A stretch of 64,000 bases of DNA from an uncultured Thermodesulfobacteriota bacterium (GCA_964457755.1 CAYWGC010000011.1:8320-72319), one strand, 5' to 3'; shown: positions 19,732-29,994, counted from the first letter of the stretch. Numbers and translations are program-made. Notes: generated by a model from the letters alone, not told the origin.

Positions 19732-20730
19732 TTGCCAGACAATCCCCTAATGATCCCCAATATCACTGAAAAACCCCAGGTTGTCGCCCTTTTTTCCCAA
19801 GGTTTGGACAGTATTCTAGCAATCAAAATTATCCAGCAACAGGGCCTCAAGGTTAAGGCGATAAAATTTATCAGCCCTTTCTTTGGTTATGAAATCAAAG
19901 ACAATGAGGTTGAATTCTGCGAGCAAGTCAAGACCTCTTATGACATTGATCTTAGCATCATCGATTTAACTGACGAATACCTGCAGATGCTGGCCGCGCC
20001 CCTTTATGGTTACGGTAAAAACTTCAATCCCTGCCTTGACTGTAAAATTATGATGCTCAACCAGGCCCGGATCGTGGCCGAAGCCTGGCAGGCAGATTGT
20101 ATTGTCACCGGTGAAGTCGTAGGCCAACGCCCCTTTTCGCAACGCCGCGACACCATGCGACGCATTGAGAAACTGAGCCTGACTGAAGGCCTCCTCCTGC
20201 GACCTTTAAGCGCTAAACTGCTAACCCCGAGCCAAGCCGAAGAATCGGGCCTGATTAATCGTGACTTGCTCTTCGATTTCAGCGGTCGCGGCCGCAAACC
20301 CCAGATGGCCCTGGCTGAGAAACTCGGTATCAGCAATTACCCGACTCCCGCAGGTGGCTGCCTGCTGACCGATCCGGGTTTTGCCAAACGAGTTAAAACG
20401 CTTTATCAGAAGGTTACGGCTCCCCCATCTGCTGCCGATATCAACCTTTTAAAATTCGGGCGTTTCTATCCTTTAAACGAGAGCTCTGATTTTGTTATTG
20501 TCGGCCGCCATCGTGACGACAACCAGCAACTTTTAAAAACGGCCGATAAGAGCCACTTCATTCTCCAATTGACCGAGATGGCCGGTCCCGTGGCAATTCT
20601 TAAAGGGGATAAAGCTGATCTCCCTTACGCTGCCGAAAAGCTCCGCCTCCACAGTAAAGCCAAAGAGCTGGCTTCAGTCAAAGTAAATTGGCGACGGGGA
20701 AGTGAATCAGGGGAGTTAATTGTCAAATGA
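19732..20730 (+). CDS. ThiI/MnmA-like tRNA sulfurtransferase-family PP-loop ATPase
   Basis: FSQGLDS PP-loop variant, GYGKNFNPCLDCK, TGEVVGQRPFSQ, GRGRKPQ, YPTPAGGCLLTD. Confidence 0.8.
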   Translation: MPDNPLMIPNITEKPQVVALFSQGLDSILAIKIIQQQGLKVKAIKFISPFFGYEIKDNEVEFCEQVKTSYDIDLSIIDLTDEYLQMLAAPLYGYGKNFNPCLDCKIMMLNQARIVAEAWQADCIVTGEVVGQRPFSQRRDTMRRIEKLSLTEGLLLRPLSAKLLTPSQAEESGLINRDLLFDFSGRGRKPQMALAEKLGISNYPTPAGGCLLTDPGFAKRVKTLYQKVTAPPSAADINLLKFGRFYPLNESSDFVIVGRHRDDNQQLLKTADKSHFILQLTEMAGPVAILKGDKADLPYAAEKLRLHSKAKELASVKVNWRRGSESGELIVK

Positions 20731-23435
20731 CAACTGACAACCAGCTACCAAAGATCAAAAAACTGACCCCGATGCTGCGGCAATATATGTCGGTCAAGGA
20801 GAAGCATGCCGACAAGCTGCTCCTTTTTAGGATGGGCGATTTCTATGAGATCTTTTTTGACGATGCCGCAACTGCGGCCCGAACTTTAAAAATCACCCTG
20901 ACCAGCCGCAACAAAAAGGATGAAGATGCGATCCCGATGTGCGGCTTTCCGCACCATGCCGCAACCGGTTATATCACGACCCTGGTCAATGCCGGCTATA
21001 AGGTTGTCGTCTGTGATCAGGTTGAAGATCCAAAACAGGCCAAAGGCCTTGTCCGCCGGGAGGTTACTAAAATTATCACGCCCGGGGTTAACCTGGAGAG
21101 TGACTGTTTAAACCCTGATCAGGACAACTTTCTGGCCGCAATCTCTTATCGGCAACAAAAACCGGAACTCTATGGCCTGGCCCTGCTTGATGCCAGTACC
21201 GGCAAATTCAGGGTCACGGAACTTGCTGACTTGGAGATGCTACTGGACGAACTGGGACGCTGTGAGCCGACTGAGATCCTGCTCCCGCCAGCCCGCTCCG
21301 ACCATGACCGTAATTGGCAGAATGAGATTCGCAACCAGTTTGCTCGAGCCCATTTTACCCTGCGTCCTGAAAACGAATCATTTTCTCCCGAAGCGGGCCG
21401 TAAACTCCTATGCCAACACTTTGGAACCCTCAATCTCGACGGTTTTGGGGGCCAGCATCTGGGCCCTGGTTGCGGTGCTGCCGGGGCCGCTTTAGCCTAC
21501 GCTAAAGAGACCCAGACCAATGCCGCTCTCAACCATATCCAGGGAATAACTATATTTCAACCATGCAGCTTCATGCAGATTGACCGCAATGTCATCTACA
21601 ACCTGGAGCTCTTAAGCACGATTCAAGAAAACCGCAAGCAGGGCAGTCTCTTAGGGGTTCTCGACCATTGTCAAACAAGTATGGGCAGTCGTCAGCTAAA
21701 AGAGTGGCTCCTCTTCCCACTCCTCGACAAAGAACTTATTGAAGAGCGTTTAGATGCCGTCCAGATTCTGCTCGAAGAGAAGCGCTGCCGCCGCCAACTT
21801 AGAGAGCGGCTTAAAAAGCTCTACGATCTTGACCGCCTCTGCGGCCGTCTGGCAGCGGCCAAAGCCACGGGCCGTGATCTCTTGAGTCTTAAAGACTCCT
21901 TGTCATTAATTCCTGAGATTAAACTTCTGCTCAGTGACCTGCCAATCCAACCAACCCTGATCAACCAAGCCTTACAAGGCCTGCATGAACTTAAGGAGTT
22001 GACCGCAAAGATAGAGCAATTTCTCTTACCCGAACAGCCAATCTCCATCAACGAAGGCAAACTGATTTGTGCTGGCATCGATAAGCAACTTGACGAGTTA
22101 CGGCAGATCAGCAAAAACGGCAAACAGTGGCTGATCGAGTATGAACAAGAGGAGAAGGAGAGGAGTGGTATCAACGGCCTTAAGGTCCGTTTCAACCGCG
22201 TTTTCGGCTATTACATAGAGGTCACCAAAAGAAACCTCGAACAGGTTCCCGAAGATTATCAGAGGCGCCAAACCTTAACTAATGCCGACCGCTTTATAAC
22301 CCCTCAGCTAAAAGAGTATGAAGAGAAGATATTAGGTGCGGAAGAGAAGATAAACAGTTTAGAGCATGAAATTTTTCTCTCCCTCCGCCAGGAAGCCGCG
22401 CTGGAAATCGGACGGATTCGCGAGTCGGCTTTGCGCCTGACCCTTTTTGATGTCTTAAGCAGTCTCGCCGAGGTTGCCGACGGACACCACTATTGCCGAC
22501 CTGAAATCACGAACGAGCAGCAGCTATTGGAGATCGAAGATGGCCGTCACCCGGTCATTGAAACATTAAGCGAAAACTTTGTTCCCAACGACACCTCTCT
22601 AAACAGTAAAAAAGAGCAGCTCTGGATTATCACCGGCCCCAATATGGCCGGAAAATCTACCTTCTTAAGACAGAACGGCCTCTTAGTCCTGATGGCGCAA
22701 ATGGGCAGTTTTGTGCCGGCCAAAACCGTCAAATCGAGCATCTTTGACCATATCTTCACACGCGTCGGGGCCTCCGATAACTTAAGTCGAGGACTTTCGA
22801 CATTTATGGTTGAGATGACTGAAACCGCCAGGATTCTGCATCAGGCAACCCCCAAAAGTCTGATTATTCTGGATGAGATCGGCCGCGGCACCAGCACCTT
22901 TGATGGTTTGAGTCTGGCTTGGGCGATCGCCGAAGATATCCATGAAAGGATTGGCGGCCTCACCCTCTTTGCGACCCACTACCATGAACTCGCCGAACTT
23001 GAATTAACCCAACCCAGAATCAAAAATTACAATGTCGCGGTTCAGCAACGAGCCGACGGCATTACCTTTTTGCGACGCATCATTAAAGGAGCAACCAACC
23101 ACAGTTATGGAATTGAGGTTGCCAAACTGGCTGGGATTCCCCAGTCGGTGCTGGAAAAAGCGCAAAAAATTCTGACCAATCTGGAAGCCGCCGAGATTGC
23201 GGCCGGGGGCAATCTGAGAATGACCGGTAAAAGCATTCTCAGCGACCGACCAGCGGCACAGCAAAGCGGTTACCTGCCCTTTTTAGAGCCGCCGCCAGCC
23301 CCTCAGGCTCATAACCCATCCGAGATTAAAGTTATTGAACTCATAAAAAAACAGGACCTTAACCGGACAACTCCGATCAAGGCCCTGACGACACTTGAAA
23401 AACTACAAAAAATATTGAGCGGGGGTTTTTCTTAA
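20727..23435 (+). CDS. mutS: DNA mismatch repair protein MutS
   Basis: TPMLRQY, FRMGDFYE, PMCGFPHH, TGPNMAGKSTF, STFMVEM, DEIGRGTST, FATHYHEL. Confidence 0.99.
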   Translation: MTTDNQLPKIKKLTPMLRQYMSVKEKHADKLLLFRMGDFYEIFFDDAATAARTLKITLTSRNKKDEDAIPMCGFPHHAATGYITTLVNAGYKVVVCDQVEDPKQAKGLVRREVTKIITPGVNLESDCLNPDQDNFLAAISYRQQKPELYGLALLDASTGKFRVTELADLEMLLDELGRCEPTEILLPPARSDHDRNWQNEIRNQFARAHFTLRPENESFSPEAGRKLLCQHFGTLNLDGFGGQHLGPGCGAAGAALAYAKETQTNAALNHIQGITIFQPCSFMQIDRNVIYNLELLSTIQENRKQGSLLGVLDHCQTSMGSRQLKEWLLFPLLDKELIEERLDAVQILLEEKRCRRQLRERLKKLYDLDRLCGRLAAAKATGRDLLSLKDSLSLIPEIKLLLSDLPIQPTLINQALQGLHELKELTAKIEQFLLPEQPISINEGKLICAGIDKQLDELRQISKNGKQWLIEYEQEEKERSGINGLKVRFNRVFGYYIEVTKRNLEQVPEDYQRRQTLTNADRFITPQLKEYEEKILGAEEKINSLEHEIFLSLRQEAALEIGRIRESALRLTLFDVLSSLAEVADGHHYCRPEITNEQQLLEIEDGRHPVIETLSENFVPNDTSLNSKKEQLWIITGPNMAGKSTFLRQNGLLVLMAQMGSFVPAKTVKSSIFDHIFTRVGASDNLSRGLSTFMVEMTETARILHQATPKSLIILDEIGRGTSTFDGLSLAWAIAEDIHERIGGLTLFATHYHELAELELTQPRIKNYNVAVQQRADGITFLRRIIKGATNHSYGIEVAKLAGIPQSVLEKAQKILTNLEAAEIAAGGNLRMTGKSILSDRPAAQQSGYLPFLEPPPAPQAHNPSEIKVIELIKKQDLNRTTPIKALTTLEKLQKILSGGFS

Positions 23436-23438
23436 AAA

Positions 23439-23867
23439 TTATTTGAGACTATCTCGATGCGCCTTCTCTTGGGCTGCGAAATAGGCAAAATTTGTTTTAT
23501 CGAGACTCGTAATAAAATCATTCTGAACCTTGTCCAACTCTTTGCGCACCGAACAAAATTCCATCCGATTACAAACATTGTAGCCGTCCAAACAGATATT
23601 AAGCTTGATATCGCCCTCGACCGCTTCGACCACATCACGAAGGGTCACCTCTTCCGGTTTTCGAGCCATCGAATAACCGCCTTTTTTGCCACGATGCGAT
23701 ATCACAATTCCGGCCCGACTCAAACTCTGAAAAATACGGGCCAGAAAACCAACCGGCACATCCATCTCCCGAGCGACTTCAGGAATTACCACAATTGAAC
23801 CCTGGGACTGCATCGACATATAGACAATTCCACGAATCGCATAATCTGATGCTCTCGTCAACTTCAT
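23439..23867 (-). CDS. Rrf2 family transcriptional regulator (three Cys, likely Fe-S)
   Basis: MKLTRASDYAIR, SHRGKKGGY, VVEAVEG, CLDGYNVCNRMEFC. Confidence 0.92.
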   Translation of the reverse strand: MKLTRASDYAIRGIVYMSMQSQGSIVVIPEVAREMDVPVGFLARIFQSLSRAGIVISHRGKKGGYSMARKPEEVTLRDVVEAVEGDIKLNICLDGYNVCNRMEFCSVRKELDKVQNDFITSLDKTNFAYFAAQEKAHRDSLK

Positions 23868-23937
23868 AATAAATAACCATCCTAAGCTTAGAATTTAAAG
23901 TTGACAATTATTATCGCCTTAAACCGACATTGTCAAG

Positions 23938-24711
23938 CTATTTATTCGGACTATTAAGATTATAAAGGTACTTTAACCCATGCAGAGTAAGAAATTCATC
24001 CACATAATCGATAATCATGGTCTCTCGATCAACGGTTTTAGCAAGACCTCCAGTGGCAACCACCAGAAGATCCAGCTTTAATTCATCCTTGATCCTCTGA
24101 ACCAGACCTTCAACTAGAGCCAGGTAACCATAAACAATGCCCGACTGCATGGCGTGAACCGTATTCTTGCCGACCACCTCCGGGGGCCTGATTAATTCAA
24201 CCCGCGGCAATTTTGAGGCCCTCTGACAAAGCGCCTCCATCGAGATATGCATGCCAGGAGCGATCACCCCACCCAGATACTCACCCTTTAGCGAAACACA
24301 ATCGAAGGTGGTAGCCGTGCCAAAATCTATAATCACCATCGCCTGTTTGTGTTTTTGATAGGCCGCGACCGCATTAACAATACGATCGGCCCCAACTTCA
24401 CGTGGATTATCAAGCAGAATCGGCAGCCCCGTCTTAATTCCAGGACCAACTACCAACGGTCGAAAATGAAAGTATTTACTGGCCAGACCAAGAAGTTCAT
24501 TGAGAACCGGGGGTACGACACAGGAAATCATCATGCCGGAGACCTCTTGGCGATCTGCGTCCAAAGAACGCAAAAAACCCTGCAGCAGGATTATATACTC
24601 ATCCCGGGTCCGGTGGGTAGAGGTTGAAATGCGCCAATTATCGAGAAGATTATCACCCTGGTAGATCCCCAAAACTGTATGTGTATTGCCAACATCAATT
24701 ACTACTATCAT
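23938..24711 (-). CDS. coaX: Type III pantothenate kinase
   Basis: IDVGNT, VGADRI, IDFGTATT, GGVIAPG, ATGG. Confidence 0.97.
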   Translation of the reverse strand: MIVVIDVGNTHTVLGIYQGDNLLDNWRISTSTHRTRDEYIILLQGFLRSLDADRQEVSGMMISCVVPPVLNELLGLASKYFHFRPLVVGPGIKTGLPILLDNPREVGADRIVNAVAAYQKHKQAMVIIDFGTATTFDCVSLKGEYLGGVIAPGMHISMEALCQRASKLPRVELIRPPEVVGKNTVHAMQSGIVYGYLALVEGLVQRIKDELKLDLLVVATGGLAKTVDRETMIIDYVDEFLTLHGLKYLYNLNSPNK

Positions 24712-24722
24712 CTCATGAAATC

Positions 24723-25496
24723 CTAATTTACTCTCTTCTCAAGCCAGGCTTCACCAGCTGAAAATGCCGCTGTCTTGCCATCTCTAGTGGTTGCCACCAG
24801 GCGACCAAAAGCATCTATAGATTGAGCTCGACAGGCCATTTTATGATCCCCGGAGTGGATACTTATATCCTTCCCGGCAAGAAAAAAATTGCGGTTGATC
24901 AGATCCGCTATCGACCCCTGTAAACCCTCCCGGCAAAATTCATCCACAAATAAAGCCATCTCGTGCAAAATTCTACCCAGCAGTTCGGAAAGATCAAAGC
25001 ACCGGCCACTCTCACAATTTAAAGAGGTAACCTGGTTCTGTAATTCAAGAGGGAAATCATTAAGTGAAGCGTTAACGTTGAGACCAACCCCGACAATAAC
25101 AAACTCGGCCTGATCCTGACCAGGCTTCATCTCAGACAAAATCCCTGCCATTTTTCGGCCCTGACAGTAGAGATCATTGGGCCATTTAATTGTTAATCCA
25201 GGACAATCTTCGGCAAGGGCCTGCCAGAGAGCCGCAGCCGTCACCAAAGAGAGTTGCGGGGCCTGATCGATTTTCAGATGAGGACGTAAGAGCACCGAAA
25301 AATAAAGGTTTAAACCTGTCGGCGAATGCCATTGCCGACCCCGCCGTCCCCGTCCTGAAAGCTGTTGTTCGGCAACCACGACGGTTCCCTGCGGCGCCCC
25401 ATCCAGAGCTTGCTGCCAGAGATAAGCACTAGTTGAATCCAGAGTTGCAAAGCTTAAAACGTCACTCCCCCAGGGAGTGCGAAAAGACTTTATCAC
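24723..25496 (-). CDS. birA: Biotin--acetyl-CoA-carboxylase ligase (no N-terminal HTH)
   Basis: DSTS, QLSGRGRRGRQW, KWPNDLY, KMAGILSE, GVGLNVN. Confidence 0.95.
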   Translation of the reverse strand: MIKSFRTPWGSDVLSFATLDSTSAYLWQQALDGAPQGTVVVAEQQLSGRGRRGRQWHSPTGLNLYFSVLLRPHLKIDQAPQLSLVTAAALWQALAEDCPGLTIKWPNDLYCQGRKMAGILSEMKPGQDQAEFVIVGVGLNVNASLNDFPLELQNQVTSLNCESGRCFDLSELLGRILHEMALFVDEFCREGLQGSIADLINRNFFLAGKDISIHSGDHKMACRAQSIDAFGRLVATTRDGKTAAFSAGEAWLEKRVN

Positions 25497-26338
25497 GAAA
25501 CCAGATCGAGAGAGATATCGATGGCCGGGGCCGAGTGCGTCAAAGCTCCAACTGAGATAAAATCAACCCCGCAGGCCGCCACTTGCGCCACATTCTCAAG
25601 CACGATCCCGCCAGAAGCCTCCAGCTTAATGGCCGGATACTGCTCCCGCACAAAAGCCACTGACTCACGCAAAAGAGCCTCATCCATATTGTCCAGCAGA
25701 ATAATATCAGCCCCCGAGCGAGCCGCCTCTTTAACTTCATTGAGATCAGCAGCCTCAACTTCGATTTTCAATCCGTGCGGGGCCAGGCGTTGGGCATGGG
25801 CAATCGCATCGGTAATCGTCCCGGCCGCTCGAATATGGTTATCTTTAATAAGAATTCCATCAAAAAGACCATGCCGATGATTGCGGGCACCACCAACTTG
25901 CACCGCATATTTCTCGAGTGAGCGCCAACCTGGCGTCGTCTTGCGAGTATCGACAATCTCGGCTCGAGAACCTTGGATCTCCGCCACAAACTGAGAGGTC
26001 AAAGTCGCGATCCCACAAAGACGCTGGACAAAATTCAGAGCAACCCTCTCTGCCATCAGAATCGAAATGACATTTCCGGTCACCGCCATAATCGGATCAC
26101 CAACTTTCAGAAAATCTCCATCGGCAACCTGAGTCTCAATTTCAAGGGAAGAGTCAAGAGTACGAAAGACCAATTCTAAAACTTGAAGACCGGCAACGAC
26201 ACACTCCTGCTTGGTTTTGATCAAAGCCCGCGCTTGTGTACCCGGCTGCACGGTCGAAAGAGTTGTCACATCGCCAGATCCTAGATCTTCTTCCAAGGCC
26301 ATCTTGATCAACTTTTCAGTCGCAAACATAATCAGCAC
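25493..26338 (-). CDS. nadC: Quinolinate phosphoribosyltransferase
   Basis: EDLGSGDVTT, ERVALN, DTRKTTPG, NHRHGL, LIKDNH, EASGGI. Confidence 0.98.
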   Translation of the reverse strand: MLIMFATEKLIKMALEEDLGSGDVTTLSTVQPGTQARALIKTKQECVVAGLQVLELVFRTLDSSLEIETQVADGDFLKVGDPIMAVTGNVISILMAERVALNFVQRLCGIATLTSQFVAEIQGSRAEIVDTRKTTPGWRSLEKYAVQVGGARNHRHGLFDGILIKDNHIRAAGTITDAIAHAQRLAPHGLKIEVEAADLNEVKEAARSGADIILLDNMDEALLRESVAFVREQYPAIKLEASGGIVLENVAQVAACGVDFISVGALTHSAPAIDISLDLVS

Positions 26339-26687
26339 TCCTGCTCCGGCATTAATGATAAATCTGAAACCCGCGCCTATAGCACAAAATTGCAGATTAA
26401 AGCAATCGTCTAAATCATAATTCAGCTCGACATAGAGACTTGATTTTTAAACTAAACTATATTAGGTTTTAAGTCTAACTGGTATCCCACAAGTTACAAT
26501 AAAAATAGAGTTTAGATAGTAGCTGTGACTGCCGGGTGCTTTTTTCGACGATCGAAACAGCCAAAGTATCATCAGGGGTCATAGTTTCAATACCTTCATG
26601 GCAATATTGATAGTTTAAATGGAACATGTTTTTAAATAGCTGATCTAAAACACCAATCAAGCTTTTCTCAAGCAAGAGGGGGTAGAA

Positions 26688-29600
26688 ATGAGCTCTGCAC
26701 TGAACTCTCGGTTACGATTCGGCAAACAAATTTTCACAGTTATAGTCATCTTTTTTTTGCTAACCTCTCTTGCCCCGGCCGCCGAGATTGTCGGTCAATG
26801 GGGTACCGGTAAATACAAAGGCATTCATGTGGCTGGCGAGATTGCCTGCTGTGCCGCCAGCGGGGCCGGAATCGATATTTTCAATATTGCCGACCCCGAC
26901 AATCCAATCCTCTTGGCCAATTTTGATACTACGGGTGACAGTGTTGGAGTTTTTATTGCTGACAACCTGGTCTATATTGCCGATAGCGGAAACGGTCTGC
27001 AAATTATTGACATTAGAGAACCTGCCAACCCGGTGCTGTTAGGTAATTTAGAGACTCCAGATACCGCATTAAAGGTGCAAGTTGTTAATGACAAGGCTTA
27101 TATCGCCGATTTTCAGAGTGGATTGCAGATTATTGATGTCAGCAATCCTGAAGCCCCTTTTCTGCTCGGCACCTACAATACCCCTGGATATGCCGTTGAT
27201 GTATTTGTTGACGGCACGATTGCCTACGTGGCCGATGGCGAATTCGGCCTGCAGATCATCAACGTCCTAAATCCCGCAAGTCCGCAATTGCTGGGCAATT
27301 ACGACAGCCCGGGATCGGCATCCGGAATCTGGGTTACGGGAGCTGTTGCCAGTCTCGCCGATGCCTCCAAAGGTCTGCAGCTTATTGATGTCAAAGACCC
27401 GAGCCAGCCTCAACTTTTGGGCAGTGCAGACACTTACATCACAAACATACAAGTGGTCGGCAATACCGCCTACGTGACAAACGGCTCTAAAGGCTTGCAG
27501 GTTTTTGATATTTCTGATCCTGACGTGCCAACCTTGCTGACTAACTACGCCCTGGATTTGCAGGCTACAGATAAGACACTAGGTTATCTTGAAGATGTTT
27601 TCGTTGCCGGCACAATAGCTTATATGGCTTATGGCTCTGCCGGCTTGCGATTGGCCGATATCCTGAACCCGGCCACCCCGGCCGCCCGTGGTTATTATAA
27701 TAGTTATTCAGGCTTAGCCGCCGATGTCTGGGTTGATGGTTCGATCGCTTACCTGGCTGCTGAGGAAGCCGGCTTACAAATTATTGATGTCAGCAATGCA
27801 GCCGAACCAATCCGTCTGGGGAAGTTTAATGAATACGCCAAAGCTGTTCAGGTGATTGGCACATTGGCTTACATCGGCGGCGGCGGTAAGTTTTACATCG
27901 TAGATATCAGCAACCCCGCCATCCCGGTTGAGGTAGGCCGTTGTACAACCTCAGGATATGCCCGTGATGTGCACGTCGTTAACTACCTGGCCTTCATCGC
28001 TGAAGGTCCTCATGATTTACAGATTATCAGTGTCTCCGACCCCACCACACCTGAAATCATAGCCACCTATGAACTGCCTGGATACACCTCCGAAGGAGTC
28101 GATACGGTTAGCTCTCTGGTTTATGTTGCTGACAGCGATAATGGACTTCAAATCATTGATATCCAGAGACTGCGTCCCGACATCCCGCAGATTATCGGCA
28201 ACTACAATACGTCTGGCAATGCTAAAGATGTCATGGTGCTTGGCACCACAGCTTATATTGCCGACAGCTATGATGGTTTACAGATTGTTAATGTCGCAAC
28301 CCCGAGCGCACCGAGCCTAATCAGCAATTACCAGACCCAAGGCTGGAATTTAGGGATACAAGTATCCGGTAACCAGGCCTATCTGATGAACAAAATGAAT
28401 GCTATGGGTACTCTGCAGGTGCTCGATATCAGTGATCCGAGCCAGCCTGAACATCTTCAGGCTTGCGATACTACGGCTGTGCCGCAGGGATTTCATGTCG
28501 TTGGTAATCGGGCCTATATTGCCGATGGCAAATCCGGCCGCCTGCTGATCATGGATCTTGAAGCTGGCAATGCCAATGTCTATTTTCCCCACGCTTCCTG
28601 CACTGACGGCTGGAAAACTGAAGTCGCGTTAATTAATTCCGGCTCAGTCAAAGCCTGGGGCCGCCTGATGGCTTACGATGATCTGGGGCAGCCGGTTGCA
28701 GATCCGGTATCTTTATACCTTAACCCCCGAGAGAGAGCTGAACTGACTGTCAATAGCTCTTTTGCTAATGCCGATGAAATCAGTTACCTGGTTTTTGAAA
28801 CCGGCAGTCACAAGATTGTCGGCTACACTAAGTTTTATCATCAAACGGCCGGTTATCGGGTCGCTTTGCCAGCCACAACCAAAACCGACGACAATACCCT
28901 TTATATATCCCATATCGCTTCAGATGATGACTGGTGGACCGGTATCGCCCTTTTAAACACAACTTCAGCCACCTTGAATCCAACTATCACCTTCTCTGAC
29001 GGCAGCCAGAAAGTGATATCTCTGGATACCGGTGGGCATCGATCTTTCTCTTTAAGAGATCTGTTCAACGACGCCCCGCAACCTCAAATTTCTTCTGCCG
29101 TCATCACTGGTTGCAACGGCATCATTGGCCTTGAACTTTTTGGCAGTATCGGTAGTGGACACCAGCTCAGCGGCATTTCACTTTCTGGCAAACTAACAAA
29201 TACCATCTATTATCCCCATATTGCTTCAGACAACAACTGGTGGACCGGATTCGTAGCCTACGATCCCCAGGCTGCAAATCAGAGCTTTTCGATTACACCA
29301 TACTCTGAAACCGGAATCTCTTTTACACCTGTAAGCATTAACCTTGCAACTGGACAAAATAAATATTTTAACAGCGCGGCCGGTCTCAATCTGCCGGCCA
29401 ATACGGCCTGGCTAAAGGTTGACGCCAGCCATGGAATCACTGGTTTTGAACTTTTTGGCAGCAATGATGGCAACCTGCTGGGCGGCTATACCGGAGTCGG
29501 AATCAAATCATCCAATGGTATTCTGGCCAAGCTTGACCAGGCAGGCTGGTCCGGCATTGCCTTGGTTAACTGTGAAGCCAAAGCTGTAGACGTGACCCTT

Positions 29601-29813
29601 AAAGCACGAAATGACCAAGGCGAACTGGTGGCGAAAAGAACTTTCTTGCTGGAAGCGTTTGCCAAACTTATGGGAGCACCGGAGCATCTATTCCCGGCCG
29701 CTGATGTCAGATCGGCAACCTACATCAGCTACCAGAGTAACAATGAGCTTGTCGGATTCCAGCTCAATGGGGAAAATCTTTTCCTCGATGCCCTACCGGC
29801 TTTGAATCGTTAG
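26688..29813 (+). CDS. Secreted LVIVD-repeat (beta-propeller) protein with four C-terminal ~105-aa repeat modules
   Basis: Signal peptide ending APA-A. Fourteen AY(I/V)AD..GLQI(I)D(V/I)S(N/D)P repeats counted. Then units starting at about 28578, 28899, 29205 and 29520 (FPHA..W.T..ALIN; SHIASD..WWTGIALLN; PHIASD..WWTGF; W.GIALVN). Confidence 0.85.
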   Translation: MSSALNSRLRFGKQIFTVIVIFFLLTSLAPAAEIVGQWGTGKYKGIHVAGEIACCAASGAGIDIFNIADPDNPILLANFDTTGDSVGVFIADNLVYIADSGNGLQIIDIREPANPVLLGNLETPDTALKVQVVNDKAYIADFQSGLQIIDVSNPEAPFLLGTYNTPGYAVDVFVDGTIAYVADGEFGLQIINVLNPASPQLLGNYDSPGSASGIWVTGAVASLADASKGLQLIDVKDPSQPQLLGSADTYITNIQVVGNTAYVTNGSKGLQVFDISDPDVPTLLTNYALDLQATDKTLGYLEDVFVAGTIAYMAYGSAGLRLADILNPATPAARGYYNSYSGLAADVWVDGSIAYLAAEEAGLQIIDVSNAAEPIRLGKFNEYAKAVQVIGTLAYIGGGGKFYIVDISNPAIPVEVGRCTTSGYARDVHVVNYLAFIAEGPHDLQIISVSDPTTPEIIATYELPGYTSEGVDTVSSLVYVADSDNGLQIIDIQRLRPDIPQIIGNYNTSGNAKDVMVLGTTAYIADSYDGLQIVNVATPSAPSLISNYQTQGWNLGIQVSGNQAYLMNKMNAMGTLQVLDISDPSQPEHLQACDTTAVPQGFHVVGNRAYIADGKSGRLLIMDLEAGNANVYFPHASCTDGWKTEVALINSGSVKAWGRLMAYDDLGQPVADPVSLYLNPRERAELTVNSSFANADEISYLVFETGSHKIVGYTKFYHQTAGYRVALPATTKTDDNTLYISHIASDDDWWTGIALLNTTSATLNPTITFSDGSQKVISLDTGGHRSFSLRDLFNDAPQPQISSAVITGCNGIIGLELFGSIGSGHQLSGISLSGKLTNTIYYPHIASDNNWWTGFVAYDPQAANQSFSITPYSETGISFTPVSINLATGQNKYFNSAAGLNLPANTAWLKVDASHGITGFELFGSNDGNLLGGYTGVGIKSSNGILAKLDQAGWSGIALVNCEAKAVDVTLKARNDQGELVAKRTFLLEAFAKLMGAPEHLFPAADVRSATYISYQSNNELVGFQLNGENLFLDALPALNR

Positions 29814-29994
29814 GCAAATATCGGAACTGAACGCAGGGGTAGAGCTTCACTGAAAAATGTGATAAAGTCGAAAAAGGCATGAGGGATATTGCCGTATCCC
29901 GGATTGTCATTCATAGCGGCCACCTATCAGGGTTGAGGTTTTTCCTTGATAGAGGACCGCGCAAAACTCTAGTTATTATATAAAGATATTAGAG

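Noticed and set aside
26340-26687. c-di-GMP riboswitch upstream of the LVIVD gene
   Set aside because: The GGCAAA..GAAA..GACGCAAAG core was not found by eye; an Rfam scan would settle it.
26688-29813. Diversity-generating retroelement target or phase-variable repeat gene
   Set aside because: No reverse transcriptase, no template/variable repeat pair differing at adenines, and no long homopolymer or SSR tract seen.
29830-29940. Possible degenerate repeat after the LVIVD gene
   Set aside because: Only weak resemblance to other elements; no clear inverted repeat or second copy in the window.
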